The notes below the pieces were generated by a model that worked only from the letters and a program-made list of their open reading frames with translations, ran no database searches and was not told the origin of the DNA. DNA of 64,000 bases. It comes from an uncultured Thermoleophilaceae bacterium (GTDB lineage: Bacteria; Actinomycetota; Thermoleophilia; Solirubrobacterales; Thermoleophilaceae). The stretch covers positions 11,223-75,222 of the forward strand of contig CAWEQJ010000003.1 of the NCBI GenBank assembly GCA_963811205.1, written 5' to 3'. A program made the translations under genes and the position numbers. Of the stretch, positions 1-12,982 are shown piece by piece (positions within the stretch are counted from its first letter, which is position 1; each line of letters begins with the position of its first letter).

Positions 1-1
1 T

Positions 2-1356
2 TTGCACTGGTTGAGTCCAGGCGACACGTCTTGGCAGCTCACGGCGGCCACTCTGGTCGGCCTGATGAGCGTGCCGGGACTTGTGGTCCTCTACGGCGGC
101 GTGATGCAGAAGCGCTGGTCGGTGAACTCGATGATGATGGCCTTCATCGCGTTCGCGCTCGTGCTCGTCGTCTGGGTCCTGTACGGCTTCAAGATGGGGT
201 TCGGGGAGCCGATGCACATCTTCGGCGCGAAGCACGGGTTCTTTGCGAACCTGTGGGGTAAGCCAGGGTCGATCCTGAGCAGCGTCGGACTTCGCGAGCA
301 GGGGAACATCCCGAACGTCGGGAAGGTCGTGTTCCCGCAGTCAACGCTCGCGTACTTCCAGATCGTGTTCGCGGCGATCACGCCGATCCTGATGCTCGGC
401 TCCGTACTGGGCCGCATCAACTTCAAGGCGTGGATCCCGTTCGTGATCCTCTGGACGAGCCTCATCTACACCGTCAACGCGTTCCTGATCTGGGGCGGCG
501 GCTTCTTCGCCCAGCACGGCGCGCTCGACTTCTCCGGTGGCTACGTGATTCACCTCGCGGCCGGCGTGTCGGGCTTCGTCGCCGCGGCTGTGGTGGGACC
601 GCGTCTTCAGCGCGACCGCGAGGTCGACGCTCCGAACAACCTCGCGATGGTCGCCGTCGGCGCCGGATTGCTGTGGTTGGGCTGGAACGGCTTCAACGGC
701 GGCGACCCGTACCTGGTGAACGACATCGCCTCGGCGGCGGTTCTGAACACGAACCTCTGCACGGCGGTCGCCTTCCTCGTGTGGGTCGGCTGGGACTACG
801 CCACCGGCAACAAGCCGAGCCTGATCGGCAGCGTGAACGGCATGATCACCGGACTCGTGGCGATCACGCCGGCGGCCGGTTTCGTGAACGGCTGGGGAGC
901 GATGATCATCGGCGTGGTTGCGGCCACGATCGTGTACTTCGCGCTCAACTACCTGAGCCGCACCGCTCCGTTCCGCAACGTGGACGACACCCTCGGCGTG
1001 GTCTACACGCACGGGTTCGCCGGCGTGGCAGGCGGGCTGCTCACCGGCATCTTCGCCAACTCGGCGATGGGCGCGCGCACCGGGCCTGATCTCGGGCGAC
1101 GGCGGACACCTGCTCGGATGGCAGGCGCTCACGGCCTCGTGGGTGATCGTGTTCTGCGCGGTGGGCACGTTCATCCTTCTCAAGCTGGTCGGGCTGTTCG
1201 TCCCGCTGCGCATGACGAGAAGGACATGGAGACGGGCGACCTGGCGGTGCACGGTCACGAGGTCTACCCCTCGGACGTGCCCTCGCTGGCGTTCCCCTCC
1301 GGGGCCTGGAGCGGCCTCGGCACCGGCCATCGACGGCGGTGCCGGAACCGAGCTAG
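2..1356 (+). pseudogene. amt: Ammonium transporter (Amt family). The 5' end is cut by the window edge and the frame is broken at least twice near the 3' end.
   Basis: ORF 2..1516 reads as a typical multi-TM Amt (LVVLYGGVMQKRWSVNS, FSGGYVIHLAAGVSGFVAA, WNGFNGGDP, DDTLGVVYTHGFAGVAGGLLTGIFA). The last helices continue in frame 3 (PGLISGDGGHLLGWQALTASWVIVFCAVGTFILLKLVGLFVPLRM), then return to frame 2 (TEKDMETGDLAVHGHEVYP). The true stop is uncertain. Confidence 0.85.
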
Positions 1357-1548
1357 GACGCTCGCAGTCTGTGCTGGCCGCCCCCGTCCTGACCGACGGG
1401 GGCGGCCATGCGCACTGCCGCTTTCGGGGTATCGCCCCGCGGGACTACCGGGGCGCGAATTCTTGGACATCGGGACAAAGACCCCCTGCAGAGGGCGCCC
1501 CTACCGTCCACCTTGAGACCCGCACCGAAGGAAAGGAAAGACACACCG

Positions 1549-2902
1549 ATGGCGACAATCGACGAGACACGCGACACCGCGGGCGAGGTTCTCGCGCGCG
1601 TCGAGGCCGAGGGGGTGGAGTTCGTCCGCTTCTGGTTCACGGACATACTCGGCCAGATCAAGTCGTTCGCGGTCGGCGCCGAGGAGCTGCCGGGCGCGCT
1701 CGAGGAGGGGATGGGCTTCGACGGCTCATCGATCACCGGCTTCAACCGGATCGAGGAGTCGGACATGGTGGCGATGCCCGACCCCTCCACGTTCAAGCTG
1801 CTGCCCTGGCGCAAGGAGAACCCCGTCGGGCGCATGTTCTGCGACGTGCTCACGCCCGAGCCGTGAGCCGTACGAGGGCGACCCGCGCTACGTGATGAAG
1901 CGCGCGCTCGACCGCGCGCGCAGGAAATGGGCTTCGACCACTACTACCTGGGCCCGGAGCTCGAGTTCTTCCTGTTCAAGGACGACGCAGGGCACGGAGG
2001 TGCTCGACAAGGGCGGCTACTTCGACCTCACCACGCTCGACGTGGCGTCCGACTTCCGCCGCGACACCGTGCGCACGCTGCGCGATCTCGGCATCCCGGT
2101 GGAGTACACGCACCACGAGGTCGGGCCCTCGCAGCACGAGATCGACATGCGCTACGCCGAGGGCCTGACGATGGCCGACGACGACGATGACCTACCGGAT
2201 CGCGGTCAAGGAGGTGGCGATGCAGCACGGCTGCTACGCGACCTTCATGCCCAAGCCGCTGTTCGGCGAGAACGGCTCCGGCATGCACACGCACCAGTCG
2301 CTGTTCACGGGCGATCGCAACGCGTTCTTCGACGCCGGACGACCAGTACTTCCTGTCGGACGTCGGCGAAGTCGTTCATCGCGGGCCAGCTGCGCCACGC
2401 GCGCGAGCTGGCGGCGCTGTTCGCGCCGTCGGTGAACTCGTACAAGCGGCTCGTGCCGGGCTACGAGGCGCCGGTGTACATCGCGTGGTCGCGGCGCAAC
2501 CGCTCCGCGCTCGTGCGGGTGCCGCTGTACCACCCCGGCAAGGAGGCGGCCACGCGGGCCGAGCTGCGCTGCCCGGACCCGTCGTGCAACCCGTACCTGA
2601 CGTTCGCCGCGCTGCTGCAGGCCGGCCTCGAGGGGATCGAGAAGGGCTACGAGCTGCCGGATCCGATCGAGAGCAACCTGTACGACCTCAGTCGAGGCGG
2701 AGCGCGCGGCGACTCGGGCGTCGGGCAGCTGCCCGAGACGCTCGGCGAGGCGATCGAGGAGATGGCGCAGTCGGCGCTCGTGGAGCGCGCGCTCGGCGAG
2801 CACATCTTCTCCCGCTACATCGACCTGAAGAGAGCGGAGTGGTCGGACTACCGCGTGCAGGTGACGCCGTGGGAGATCGACCGCTATCTGGCGGTGACTT
2901 GA
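1549..2902 (+). pseudogene. glnA: Glutamine synthetase (type I-like), with at least 5 apparent frameshifts
   Basis: ATG 1549 follows GGAAAGGAAAG. Successive frames give MATIDETRDTAGEVLARVEAEGVEFVRFWFTDILGQIKSF, GFDHYYLGPELEFFLFKDD, GTEVLDKGGYFDL...[56 protein letters not shown] and NSYKRLVPGYEAPVYIAWSRRNRSALVRVP...CNPYLTFAALLQAGLEGI. The stop is TGA 2900-2902. Confidence 0.9.
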
Positions 2903-4035
2903 CCCTGTCCGTGTCCAGTCCAGAGCCTCTGCCCTCGCCGCGCGGCGCCCACCTGCAGATGGTGGGCGCCGTGCTGGCGGGCGAAGGACTCGAGCGCATC
3001 GCGACGATCGCATCCGAGCACGTGGGCGCGCCGGTGGCGGTGGTGGTGCCGCGCGTGGGCGTGCCCGTGGAGGCGTGGTCGCGCTACGAGCGCTACGTGT
3101 CGGCCAAGCTCGGCGGCGGCCGGCCCGACACGCCCGAGGACGTGGTGGCCGAGGTGCCGATCAGCTCCGGCGGCAAGGACCTCGGCGCGGTGCTGATGCT
3201 CGCGCCCGGCGTGCCCGAACGCCGGCGAGTACCTGCACGTGGCGGCGGTGGCGGCGCTGACGGAGGTGGCCGTGGTGGAGGCGCGCGAGGAGACCGAGCA
3301 GCAGCTGCGCGGCTCGGTGATCGAGGAGCTGCTCCGCCGCGAGGACGATCGACGAGGACGATCTTCTCCGCAGGGCGCGACGGCTCGGCACGGATCTGAC
3401 TGCGGGAGCTGTGGCGCTGTGCGCGGTACCCCGCAACCGCGCGCCGGGCCGGCTGCTGGCCGTGATCGCGGCCGAGCGCCCGGACGCGCCTGGCCGAGGC
3501 GGTGGGCGAGGAGCGCGTCTACGCGATCCTGCCCGGCTCGCTTCGAGGAGGCGCGCAAGCTGGCGGCGCGGCTGAGCACGCAGGCCACCGTGGGCCTGTC
3601 CTCTCGCTACGCGACGCGCGCGCGAGCTGCGGCTGGCGGTGGAGGAGGCGGAGCTCGTGCTGGACGTGCGGCTGGTCGGCGGCCATCCGGATCCCGAGGC
3701 GCTCGAGGGCGGCACCTACCGGCTGCTGTTCCGCGCCTTCGCCTCGGACCCCGAGGAGGTGCGCAGCTTCTACGAGGACACGGTGGCGCCGCTGGTGCGC
3801 TACGACGAGCAGTACTCGACGGATCTGCTGCACACGCTCGACGCCTACCTGTCCAACGACTGCAACATGAAGGCCACGGCCGGCGGCGATCCACGCCCAC
3901 CGGCACACGGTGAGCTATCGCCTCGACCGCATCCGCGAGCTCACCGAGCTCGATCCCGCCCGCAGCGAGCACCGCGAGCGCCTGGGCGTGGGCATCAAGG
4001 CGTACCGCATCCTCGCGCCGGCGCTGCCGCGCTGA
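2899..4035 (+). pseudogene. PucR/CdaR-family transcriptional regulator, with multiple apparent frameshifts
   Basis: The N-terminal part is in ORF 2485..3399 (LQMVGAVLAGEGLERIATIASEHVGAPVAVVVP). Middle pieces lie in frames 2 and 3. The C-terminal PucR-type HTH is in frame 1 (IHAHRHTVSYRLDRIRELTELDPARSEHRERLGVGIKAYRIL), ending at TGA 4033-4035. The start is uncertain (TTG 2899 overlapping the glnA stop, or ATG 2959). Confidence 0.7.
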
Positions 4036-4110
4036 TCGTCATTTCGCCGACAACCGCTCCGAATCGGGCGCTAGCCGTGTTTACATGGTGCTCTGGCCCC
4101 GCACCGTCCA

Positions 4111-5721
4111 ATGACGCCTGCCTCTGCTCGCGCTCGTCGCGCTCGTGCTCGTGGTCGCCTCCGCGCCGGGCGCCATCGCAGATGTGCAGCCGAAGATCGT
4201 GCACGGGAGCGACGCCGCGATCGCCGACTTCCCGTTCCAGGTCGCGCTGATCGAGTCGGGACCGCCCCGGTCTCGGCCAGTTCTGTGGCGGCGTGATACT
4301 CGACGCTACGCACGTGATCACCGCGGCACACTGCGTGTTCGACGTCCCGGGCTTCGCTCAGGCGAGGTCTCCGATCCGGAGCGACATCGCGGTATTCGCG
4401 GGCAGCGGCTGATCTCACCGCGGAATCGGCAACCGCGCTCGAGCGTCGGCAAGACTCGTTCGACCCGCGCCTACGACCCCGAGACGAACGATTCATGACG
4501 TCGCTCGGCTCACCTTGTCTACGCCGTTGACCGTTCGGGCACCGCAGATCGCGCCGATCGGATTCGTCGACGACATGGACTCATGGCCACGCGATCCCGG
4601 GCCCGACCGACGCGATGGTGACCGGCTGGGGCGACCAGGCCCCCAGCCGCTCGGGTGGAGGCGGTGCGACCCAAACCAGCTCAAGCTGCGCAGGTCAGCT
4701 GGTGGCCGACACGGCTGTCAGGACGATTGCGCGGCGTTCTACGAGGGCAATGCCACGAACACCTCGCGCCTGTTCTGCGCCGGCGACCACGGCTACTCGG
4801 CGCCGATCACCGACTCCTGCCAGGGCGACAGCGGCGGGCCGATCGTGCTCGGCAAGCCGCGACGCCCGCGCAGACTACGTGCTCGCCGGGCTCGTGGACT
4901 CCGGACGAGGGCTGCGCCCAGCCGGGCTTCCCGGGCATCTACACCCGGCTCGCCGACACCGACCTCCAGACCTTCCTGCAGCTCACCCGACTTCAACCGC
5001 AGGCGCCGCAGCAGGCCACCGCACACCACCGTCTCCGCCGGCAACCCAGCCCGGCCAGACGCTCACCTGCGACGCCGGGCCACGTGGACGCCGGCCGAGC
5101 GCCGACGTTCGAGCTACCAGTTCGTCAACACCTCCGGCGCGGCAGCTCACGCCGCTGCGCGCCAGCGGCACCACCTACACGATCCAGGCGAGCGACTGCG
5201 GCACGAGCATCTTCTGTGAGCCAAAGGCGACGAACGACGGCGGCTATGGCTTACGGCCGCAGCACCCGCTCGCTTCGTGCCCACGCCGGCGCCGCCCGCC
5301 CCCACCGCCGGCACCCCGCCGTCCGGTCCGAGCGACGCGACGGCGCCGCGGCTCGAGCGTGCTCAAGAAGAGCTGCACCAAGACGCAGCTGCACCGTGAC
5401 CGTGTCAGCGTGCGCGACGCCGCGCCCAGCTCCGGGCATCGCAAAGGTCAAGGCCACGCTGCGCTACACGCGCAAGGTCAAGTGCAAGAGCCACAAGTCG
5501 AGCGCCGCCAAGCGGAGGGTGCTGCAAGAGGCGCGTCCACCGCGGGCTGCGCACGAAGGCCGGCAAGAACGGCATGTTCACGATCGTGCGCCAGGCACCT
5601 CAGGCCGGGCACGGGCTACACGATCACGCTGCTGCCGTTCGACAAGGCGGGCAACCGGCCGCAGTTCTCCACGATCACCAGCGTGCGCACCAAGAAGCTG
5701 CACCCGTTCTTCCTGTTCTAG
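4111..5721 (+). pseudogene. Secreted trypsin-like (S1) serine protease with C-terminal Ig-like extension modules, with multiple apparent frameshifts
   Basis: There is a signal-like N-terminus (LLALVALVLVVASAPGAIA). S1 hallmarks are IVHGSDAAIADFPFQVAL, FCGGVILDATHVITAAHC (catalytic His), MVTGWG, DSCQGDSGGPIV (catalytic Ser) and GCAQPGFPGIYTRL. A downstream 'LTC..G.W' module and a DATAPR...DKAGN... module end in FLF* at 5721. Confidence 0.8.
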
Positions 5722-6363
5722 GAGGAGTCGAGCTGCTGCGCCTGCCGGCGCCGGCTTGCTGCGAGACTCTTCGGCGGGCGCGTCCGGAGCCGCCAGCGTC
5801 TCGAGCAGCGCCATCACCAGCGGTGCCGCGACGTCTGGCCCTCGTGGTCGGCCTTCTTCAGCCGGGCCAGGCTGGCCGCGTGGATCTTGTCGATCCTGTC
5901 GAGCATCGACGACAGCTCGGCGGCGATGTCCTTCCAGCCGCGGTCGTCGAGCGTCATGTCCGACGCGGCTGAGGTGCGCCTCGGCGCGGTCGAAGCCGCC
6001 CTGTGACGCGCTTGTGGTGCACCAGCTCGAGGATCTGCTCCACCGCGGCGCCGGTCATCGCCTGCTTGACGATCTCCGGCACCTGGCCCCATGCCTTGTC
6101 GCTGATCCGCGGGCGCGCGCCTGCAGCCGGTAGTGGTGCTCCACCGCGCCGCGGCGGGGCGTGGTCTTCACGAGCTTGATCAGATCGAAGCGAGCGAGCT
6201 GGCGCATGTGGTAGCTCACGCGGTTCACCGGCAGCCCGAGGGTGGTCGCGATCTCCACGGGACTCCCGTCCTTCTCCTCCAGCAGGCGCAGGATCTGAAC
6301 GCGCAGCGGGTGGGAGAGTGCCTTGACGGTTTCGGTGTCGGTGATGTCAGTCAGCGGTTTCAC
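5718..6363 (-). pseudogene. ArsR-family winged-helix regulator with an extended C-terminal region, apparently frameshifted
   Basis: ORF 6055..6363 gives MKPLTDITDTETVKALSHPLRVQILRLLEEKDGSPVEIATTLGLPVNRVSYHMRQLARFDLIKLVKTTPRRGAVEHHY. It continues in other frames (ORF 5814..6092: MTLDDRGWKDIAAELSSMLDRIDKIHAASLARLKK). The 3' end is uncertain; one candidate stop overlaps the protease stop. Confidence 0.6.
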
Positions 6364-6505
6364 TCGCGCTCCTTCGCGCTTGCACAGCGACTCGATTTAC
6401 GGAACCCATGGTTTGACGCAGCGAAAGTTGACCGCCACGTCATCGCCCCTTCGGCGCCAGTGTATGCGGACTGACCGTTCCCCGCGAGCTGCTCGCTCGT
6501 TTGCG

Positions 6506-7120
6506 CTAGCGCGCTTCGGCCGCCCGGGCCACGAGGTCCACACAGGCGTCCAGCTCGATGGCCGTCGAGTCCACCACGAGGTGGAATAACGACATGTCGC
6601 GCGGGTCCGCGCCGTAGAAGTGGCGCACGTACAGGTCGCGGGCGCGGTCGGTCTGGCGCATGCGCTCCCTGGCGGTGTCGCGGTCCACTCCCTGGATGCG
6701 CATCGCCTGCTCGATGCGCGCCTCTTCCGGCCCGTCGAGCCGCACGCGTAGCACCTCCGGCCGGTCGCGCAGCACGAACGCGCACGCGCGCCCGAGGATC
6801 ACGCCCTTGCCCGCTTCGGCGTGCTCGCAGATCACCCGCTCCGTGGCGTCGCGGTACACGTCGTTGCCCATCAGCGCCTCGCTCGCGGTGCCGCTGACGT
6901 AGGCGCCGGACAGGGGCGCGAAGTGCTTGAGCATGCGGTCGAGCAGGCTGCCCACGTTCTCGTCGTGGTCGAGCGCGTGCGACAGCGGCACGTCCAGGCT
7001 CTCCGCCACCTTGGTGGGGATGGCGCGGTCCACGAACGGAACGCCCAGGCGTTCCGCCAGCTGTGGCCCGACGACGCTGCCTCCGGCGCCGTATGAGGCC
7101 GAGATGGCGATGAGGGTCAT
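6506..7120 (-). CDS. Cytidylate kinase-like family protein (P-loop NMP kinase fold)
   Basis: Intact 204-aa ORF with N-terminal AISASYGAGGSVVGPQLAERLGVPFVDRAI, typical of this family. It overlaps the upstream GHMP kinase gene by 4 nt (ATGA). Confidence 0.75.
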   Translation of the reverse strand: MTLIAISASYGAGGSVVGPQLAERLGVPFVDRAIPTKVAESLDVPLSHALDHDENVGSLLDRMLKHFAPLSGAYVSGTASEALMGNDVYRDATERVICEHAEAGKGVILGRACAFVLRDRPEVLRVRLDGPEEARIEQAMRIQGVDRDTARERMRQTDRARDLYVRHFYGADPRDMSLFHLVVDSTAIELDACVDLVARAAEAR

Positions 7121-8049
7121 GAGTTCCCGCTCCCCGCCCGCGATTCTATGGGCCCGGTGCGAGGGCGCACGGCTTTGGCGCCCATGCGCTCGAGCGCGGG
7201 GCGCAGGCGCTCCCAGCAGTCCTCGGTGCTGAGCGTGCCGACGATCGCGCCGCCCGAGCCCGCCGAGTTGGCCGACGCGCCGGCGGCGCGCGCGGTCTCC
7301 ACCATCCGGGCTGTCAGCGGGTCCACGCTCATGATCTTCAGCCGCTCATCGAACGAGGCGTCCACGCAGCGGCCGAACGCGGCGTGGTCTTCTTCCAGCA
7401 GGGCGTCGCGGGCGCGGGTTGCGTGCTCCGCCAGGCGCTCCATGGCCGCCGTGATGTCCGGGTCGCCCTGCGCGTGGCGCCTTCTCAGCTCCCCGTGCAC
7501 CGCGCCCGATGGCGCCGCCGCGTCCGGATGCCAGGCCACGAAGAGCGGCGGGAGCAGCCCCGGGTCGAGCTCCTCGTGCACCGCATCGAGGCCGAAGTCC
7601 ATCACCACCAGCGTCTCGCGCGCCTGGACCTGGCGGTCCTGGAGCCCGGCGGCGATGCCGAGGTCCTCGGTCTCCACCGCCAGCGCAAGGCGAGCCAGCT
7701 CGTCGGGCGGCAGCTCGGCGCCGTGGAGGTCGCAGAGCGCCCGCGCGCAGGCGATCACGATCGCGCTCGAGCCGGCGAGGCCGACCTCGCGCGGCACGTT
7801 GGTGTGGCAGGCGAGCCGTACCGGCTGCGGCGCGCCCAGGCGCTTGCGGAAGCGCGTGAGGGTGGCGCCCATCAGCTCCTCTCCTCCCGGCCCCGGGGAC
7901 CCGAGCGCGTCCTCCGCCGCGGGGGTGGCGGTGGCCTCCGCCATGAAGTCGCGCACGGTGACCGCAAGGGTGCGGCCGCCGTAGCCGTCGGAGGGGTTGC
8001 CCGCGAGCGCGACGCGCGCGTAGGCCGTGCCGGTGCCGGTGGGCTTCAT
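7117..8049 (-). CDS. GHMP-family kinase
   Basis: Intact 310-aa ORF with the GHMP motif PREVGLAGSSAIVIA and a C-terminal SGSGGAIVG. Confidence 0.75.
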   Translation of the reverse strand: MKPTGTGTAYARVALAGNPSDGYGGRTLAVTVRDFMAEATATPAAEDALGSPGPGGEELMGATLTRFRKRLGAPQPVRLACHTNVPREVGLAGSSAIVIACARALCDLHGAELPPDELARLALAVETEDLGIAAGLQDRQVQARETLVVMDFGLDAVHEELDPGLLPPLFVAWHPDAAAPSGAVHGELRRRHAQGDPDITAAMERLAEHATRARDALLEEDHAAFGRCVDASFDERLKIMSVDPLTARMVETARAAGASANSAGSGGAIVGTLSTEDCWERLRPALERMGAKAVRPRTGPIESRAGSGNS

Positions 8050-8126
8050 CGGCGCTGAGCATGGCAGCCGAAAGATGGGGGTGGCTCCCCGATGTTCGCG
8101 CCCCAGCGCCCGCCTAGCGTGGCGCC

Positions 8127-9491
8127 ATGCTCAGACTCGCCTCACTTCTCTTCGCCGTTCTCGCGCTCGCCCTGGCGGGGGCTGCGCAGGCACGCAAGCC
8201 GATCGTCGCCTACATCGACCAGACCACCCACAAGCTGGCGCTGTACGACGCGGAGACCGGCGCCAACCTCACCCCGCCGAGCATCACCATCACCTCCACG
8301 CCGGGCTTCCAGGACGCGATGGCGATGTCGTTCGACGGCCGCTACGTGTTCTACGCGGGCAGCGACGACAAGCTGCACCTGTTCGACCGCTCGGGTGCGG
8401 GCAGCGCAGTGCCGCTGCCGGGGATCGACATCTACGCCAAGCCGACCGGGCTGAGCGTGAGCAACACGGGGCTGGTCGCCTTCGACAACAACGTGAACGG
8501 TCCGGCGGTGGTCTACGACAGCGCCAGCGGCAGCTTCGTGGATAGCGGGCTCGACTCGAGCACCAATCACAGCCGCCAGAGCCATCTGAGCGGCGACGGC
8601 CACTTTCTCGCCACCACCTGCAACGACCTCGCGCCCGCCTGCCCGGTGGACAGCGGCGGCCACTCGCAGCTGTTCGTGCAGGACATCCCCGGCAAGGCGG
8701 ACACCGCCAACCCGCCCTTCGACCTCGGCAACAGCCTCGACGGCGTCGACAAGGAACACCCGTGCATCAACAACGACGGCTCGCTCGTGGGCGCTGACGT
8801 GAACGAGGGCGGCACCGTGGGCAAGCAGGTGGAGATCTACAACCGCTCGCTCGGCAGCCTGGTGACGCCACCCGGCCTGAACAGCGCGGCAAACGTCGAC
8901 GACGTGCACTGCGTGATGAGCCAGGGTGCCGCGTACATCGGGCTGATCAGCGACAACGAGTTCAAGGTGTACGAGATGTCGAGCGCCAGCTTCCTCATGC
9001 TCCCGGCGGACATCAAGGCCATCAGCAACCCGATCTCGTTCGTGATGCCGTTCCCGCCGCCGCCGCCGCCGCCGGCGGCCGGCCCGCCACCGCCGTCCGC
9101 GGGCGCGCCGGACACCGCGGCTCCGCGCGTGCTCAGCAAGCGCTTCCGGAAGAGCTACGGGCTGGCTGGCGCGCTGAAGCACGGGTTGCTGGGGCGGATC
9201 ACGTCGAGCGAGGACGGCCGCGCCAGCGCCAGCGCCACCATCACCCGCGGAGCGGCCAGGCATCTGGGTCTGGCGGCGGCCAAGCGCAGGTCCAAGCGGC
9301 CGGTGAAGGTGGCCGCCGGCTCGGTGCGGCTGCACGCGGGCCACCCCGCCAAGCTACGGCTGAGGTTCACCCGCCGCGCCCGGCGCAAGCTGGCGCACAC
9401 CCGGCGCGTGAAGCTGATCATTCGCCTGACCGTGAAGGACGCCGCCGGGAACGCCACGCACGCCAGCGTGAGGACCACGTTGAAGCGCTAG
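8127..9491 (+). CDS. Secreted hypothetical protein (probable beta-propeller/TolB-like body, poly-Pro linker, basic C-terminal module)
   Basis: Intact 454-aa ORF with signal peptide MLRLASLLFAVLALALAGAAQA. It has a PPPPPPPAAGPPPPSAGAPDTAAPR linker followed by a ...VKDAAGNATHASV... module shared with two other secreted proteins in the window. Confidence 0.65.
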   Translation: MLRLASLLFAVLALALAGAAQARKPIVAYIDQTTHKLALYDAETGANLTPPSITITSTPGFQDAMAMSFDGRYVFYAGSDDKLHLFDRSGAGSAVPLPGIDIYAKPTGLSVSNTGLVAFDNNVNGPAVVYDSASGSFVDSGLDSSTNHSRQSHLSGDGHFLATTCNDLAPACPVDSGGHSQLFVQDIPGKADTANPPFDLGNSLDGVDKEHPCINNDGSLVGADVNEGGTVGKQVEIYNRSLGSLVTPPGLNSAANVDDVHCVMSQGAAYIGLISDNEFKVYEMSSASFLMLPADIKAISNPISFVMPFPPPPPPPAAGPPPPSAGAPDTAAPRVLSKRFRKSYGLAGALKHGLLGRITSSEDGRASASATITRGAARHLGLAAAKRRSKRPVKVAAGSVRLHAGHPAKLRLRFTRRARRKLAHTRRVKLIIRLTVKDAAGNATHASVRTTLKR

Positions 9492-9561
9492 TGGTGGATC
9501 TTCCGTCCAGGGCGTGGCACGTGGGCTGGCGCCGGGCGCCCGCGCCGCCGATCAGTAACGC

Positions 9562-9848
9562 GTGTACACCTCGTCGGTGAGCGGAATGAACCTCGGTGGC
9601 CTGATCCACGCGGCCTCCACCGACAACATCGCCAACGTCGACAGCGAGGGCTACCAGCCCTGGCAGGTGAATCCGGCCACGGACGCCACCGGCGGCGTGA
9701 ACGCGACGGTGAGCAAGTCGCAGAACACGGGTGTGGACCTGGCCAGCGACATGGTCGGTGTCATGACCGGCGCCGTCACCTACAAGGCCAACGCCCGCGC
9801 GTACGAGATGGAGAACGAGGCCGAGAAGAGCCTCGTCGACCAGCGCGT

Positions 9849-9852
<4 letters not shown>
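9562..9852 (+). CDS. Small (96 aa) flagellar basal-body rod (FlgB/FlgC)-like protein
   Basis: The N-terminus [29 protein letters not shown] resembles the flg_bb_rod signature. The C-terminus [36 protein letters not shown] resembles the rod C-terminal motif. It has a GTG start and no flagellar neighbours. Confidence 0.45.
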
Positions 9853-11695
<1,843 letters not shown>

Positions 11696-11713
11696 GGCTA
11701 GAGACAGTAGAGG

Positions 11714-12957
11714 TCACACGGCTTCGACCAGCTGCGCCGCCAGGTCGCCACGCCGCGACCGCCACCGACTCCAGGCCCAGCCAGTCCGCCATCACGTGCA
11801 GCTCGGCGGCCAGCTCCGTCGCGGTCTCCTCGGGCGCGTCTCGCTCTCCGTGGGCCGCCTGCACGCGCAGCACGCCCGCCTTGCGGTCGGCCTTCAGGTC
11901 CACGCGCGCCACCAGCCGGTCGCCGAGCAGGAACGGCAGCACGTAGTAGCCGTGCACGCGCTTGGGCGCGGGCACGTAGATCTCGAGCCGGTAGCGGAAG
12001 CCGAACAGGTCCTCCGTGCGCGCAGCGCTCGAACACGAGCGAGTCGAACGGCGACAGCAGCGCGCGGCGCGCGCACGCGCCGCGGCCGCGCGCGTCGCGG
12101 TGCAGGTACGCCGCGCCGCTCCAGCCCTCGACCGCCACCGGGATCAGCTCGCCCTCCTCCACGAGCTCCGCGATCGCGGGCTGCGCCTCGTGCGGGCGCA
12201 GGCGGAAGTAGTCGCGCAGGCACTGCTCGCTGGCCACGCCGTGCGCGCGCGCGGCGATGCGGATCAGCTCGCGCCGCGCGTCGGCCGGATCGGGGTCCGG
12301 CGCGTTCGCGATCTCCGGCGGCAGCACGCGCTCGGGCAGGTCGTAGCGGCGCTCGAACTGCTGGGTCCGCCCGGCGGCGGTCACCTGGCCCGACCAGAAC
12401 AGGTACTCCAGCGCGCGCTTGGTGTGCGGACCAGTTCCAGCCCCACTCCTCGCTGCTCGTGGCCGGCACGTCGTGCTGCAGCTCCTCCTCGAGCCGCGCC
12501 GCGGTGAGCGGGCCGCGGCTGCGGCCACCTCCTCGAGCACGGCCGCACCACGATCCGGGTGCTCGCGCGCGAGCGGCCGCATGCCGCCCCAGGCGTCGCT
12601 CGTCCGCGCTCTCCATGCGCCAGCGCAGCAGCCGGTGCGTGGCCGGCGGGATGAACGACGCCTCGTGCGCCCAGTACTCCACCAGGCGCCGCGGCTCGCG
12701 GCCCGCCGCACGGTCGAGCAGCGCGATGTCGTAGTTGCCGAGACGGCTGAACAGCGGCATGAGGTGGCTGCGCGCGAGCACGTTCACCGAGTCGATCTGG
12801 ATCAGCCCGATGCGGTCGATCACGCGCTGGAGCTGGCGCATCGTCACGCGGCCGCGCTGGCCGCGGGTCGGCGAAGCCCTGCGCGCGCGAGCGCGATCCG
12901 CCGCGCCTGCGTGAGCGTCAGCGACGCGTGGGGTGCGGGTGGGGCGGCCTTTGCCAC
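11714..12957 (-). pseudogene. YcaQ-family winged-helix DNA glycosylase (interstrand crosslink repair family), with several apparent frameshifts
   Basis: Pieces seen are [91 protein letters not shown] and [43 protein letters not shown]. Both ends are approximate. Confidence 0.7.
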
Positions 12958-12982
12958 CCGCGCATGATGCCTGACCCCGCCG

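Noticed and set aside
1357-1548. An expected glnK/PII gene between amt and glnA
   Set aside because: The gap is only about 190 nt, with no PII-like translation in any frame. The long frame-2 and frame-3 read-throughs here look like non-coding GC-rich sequence.
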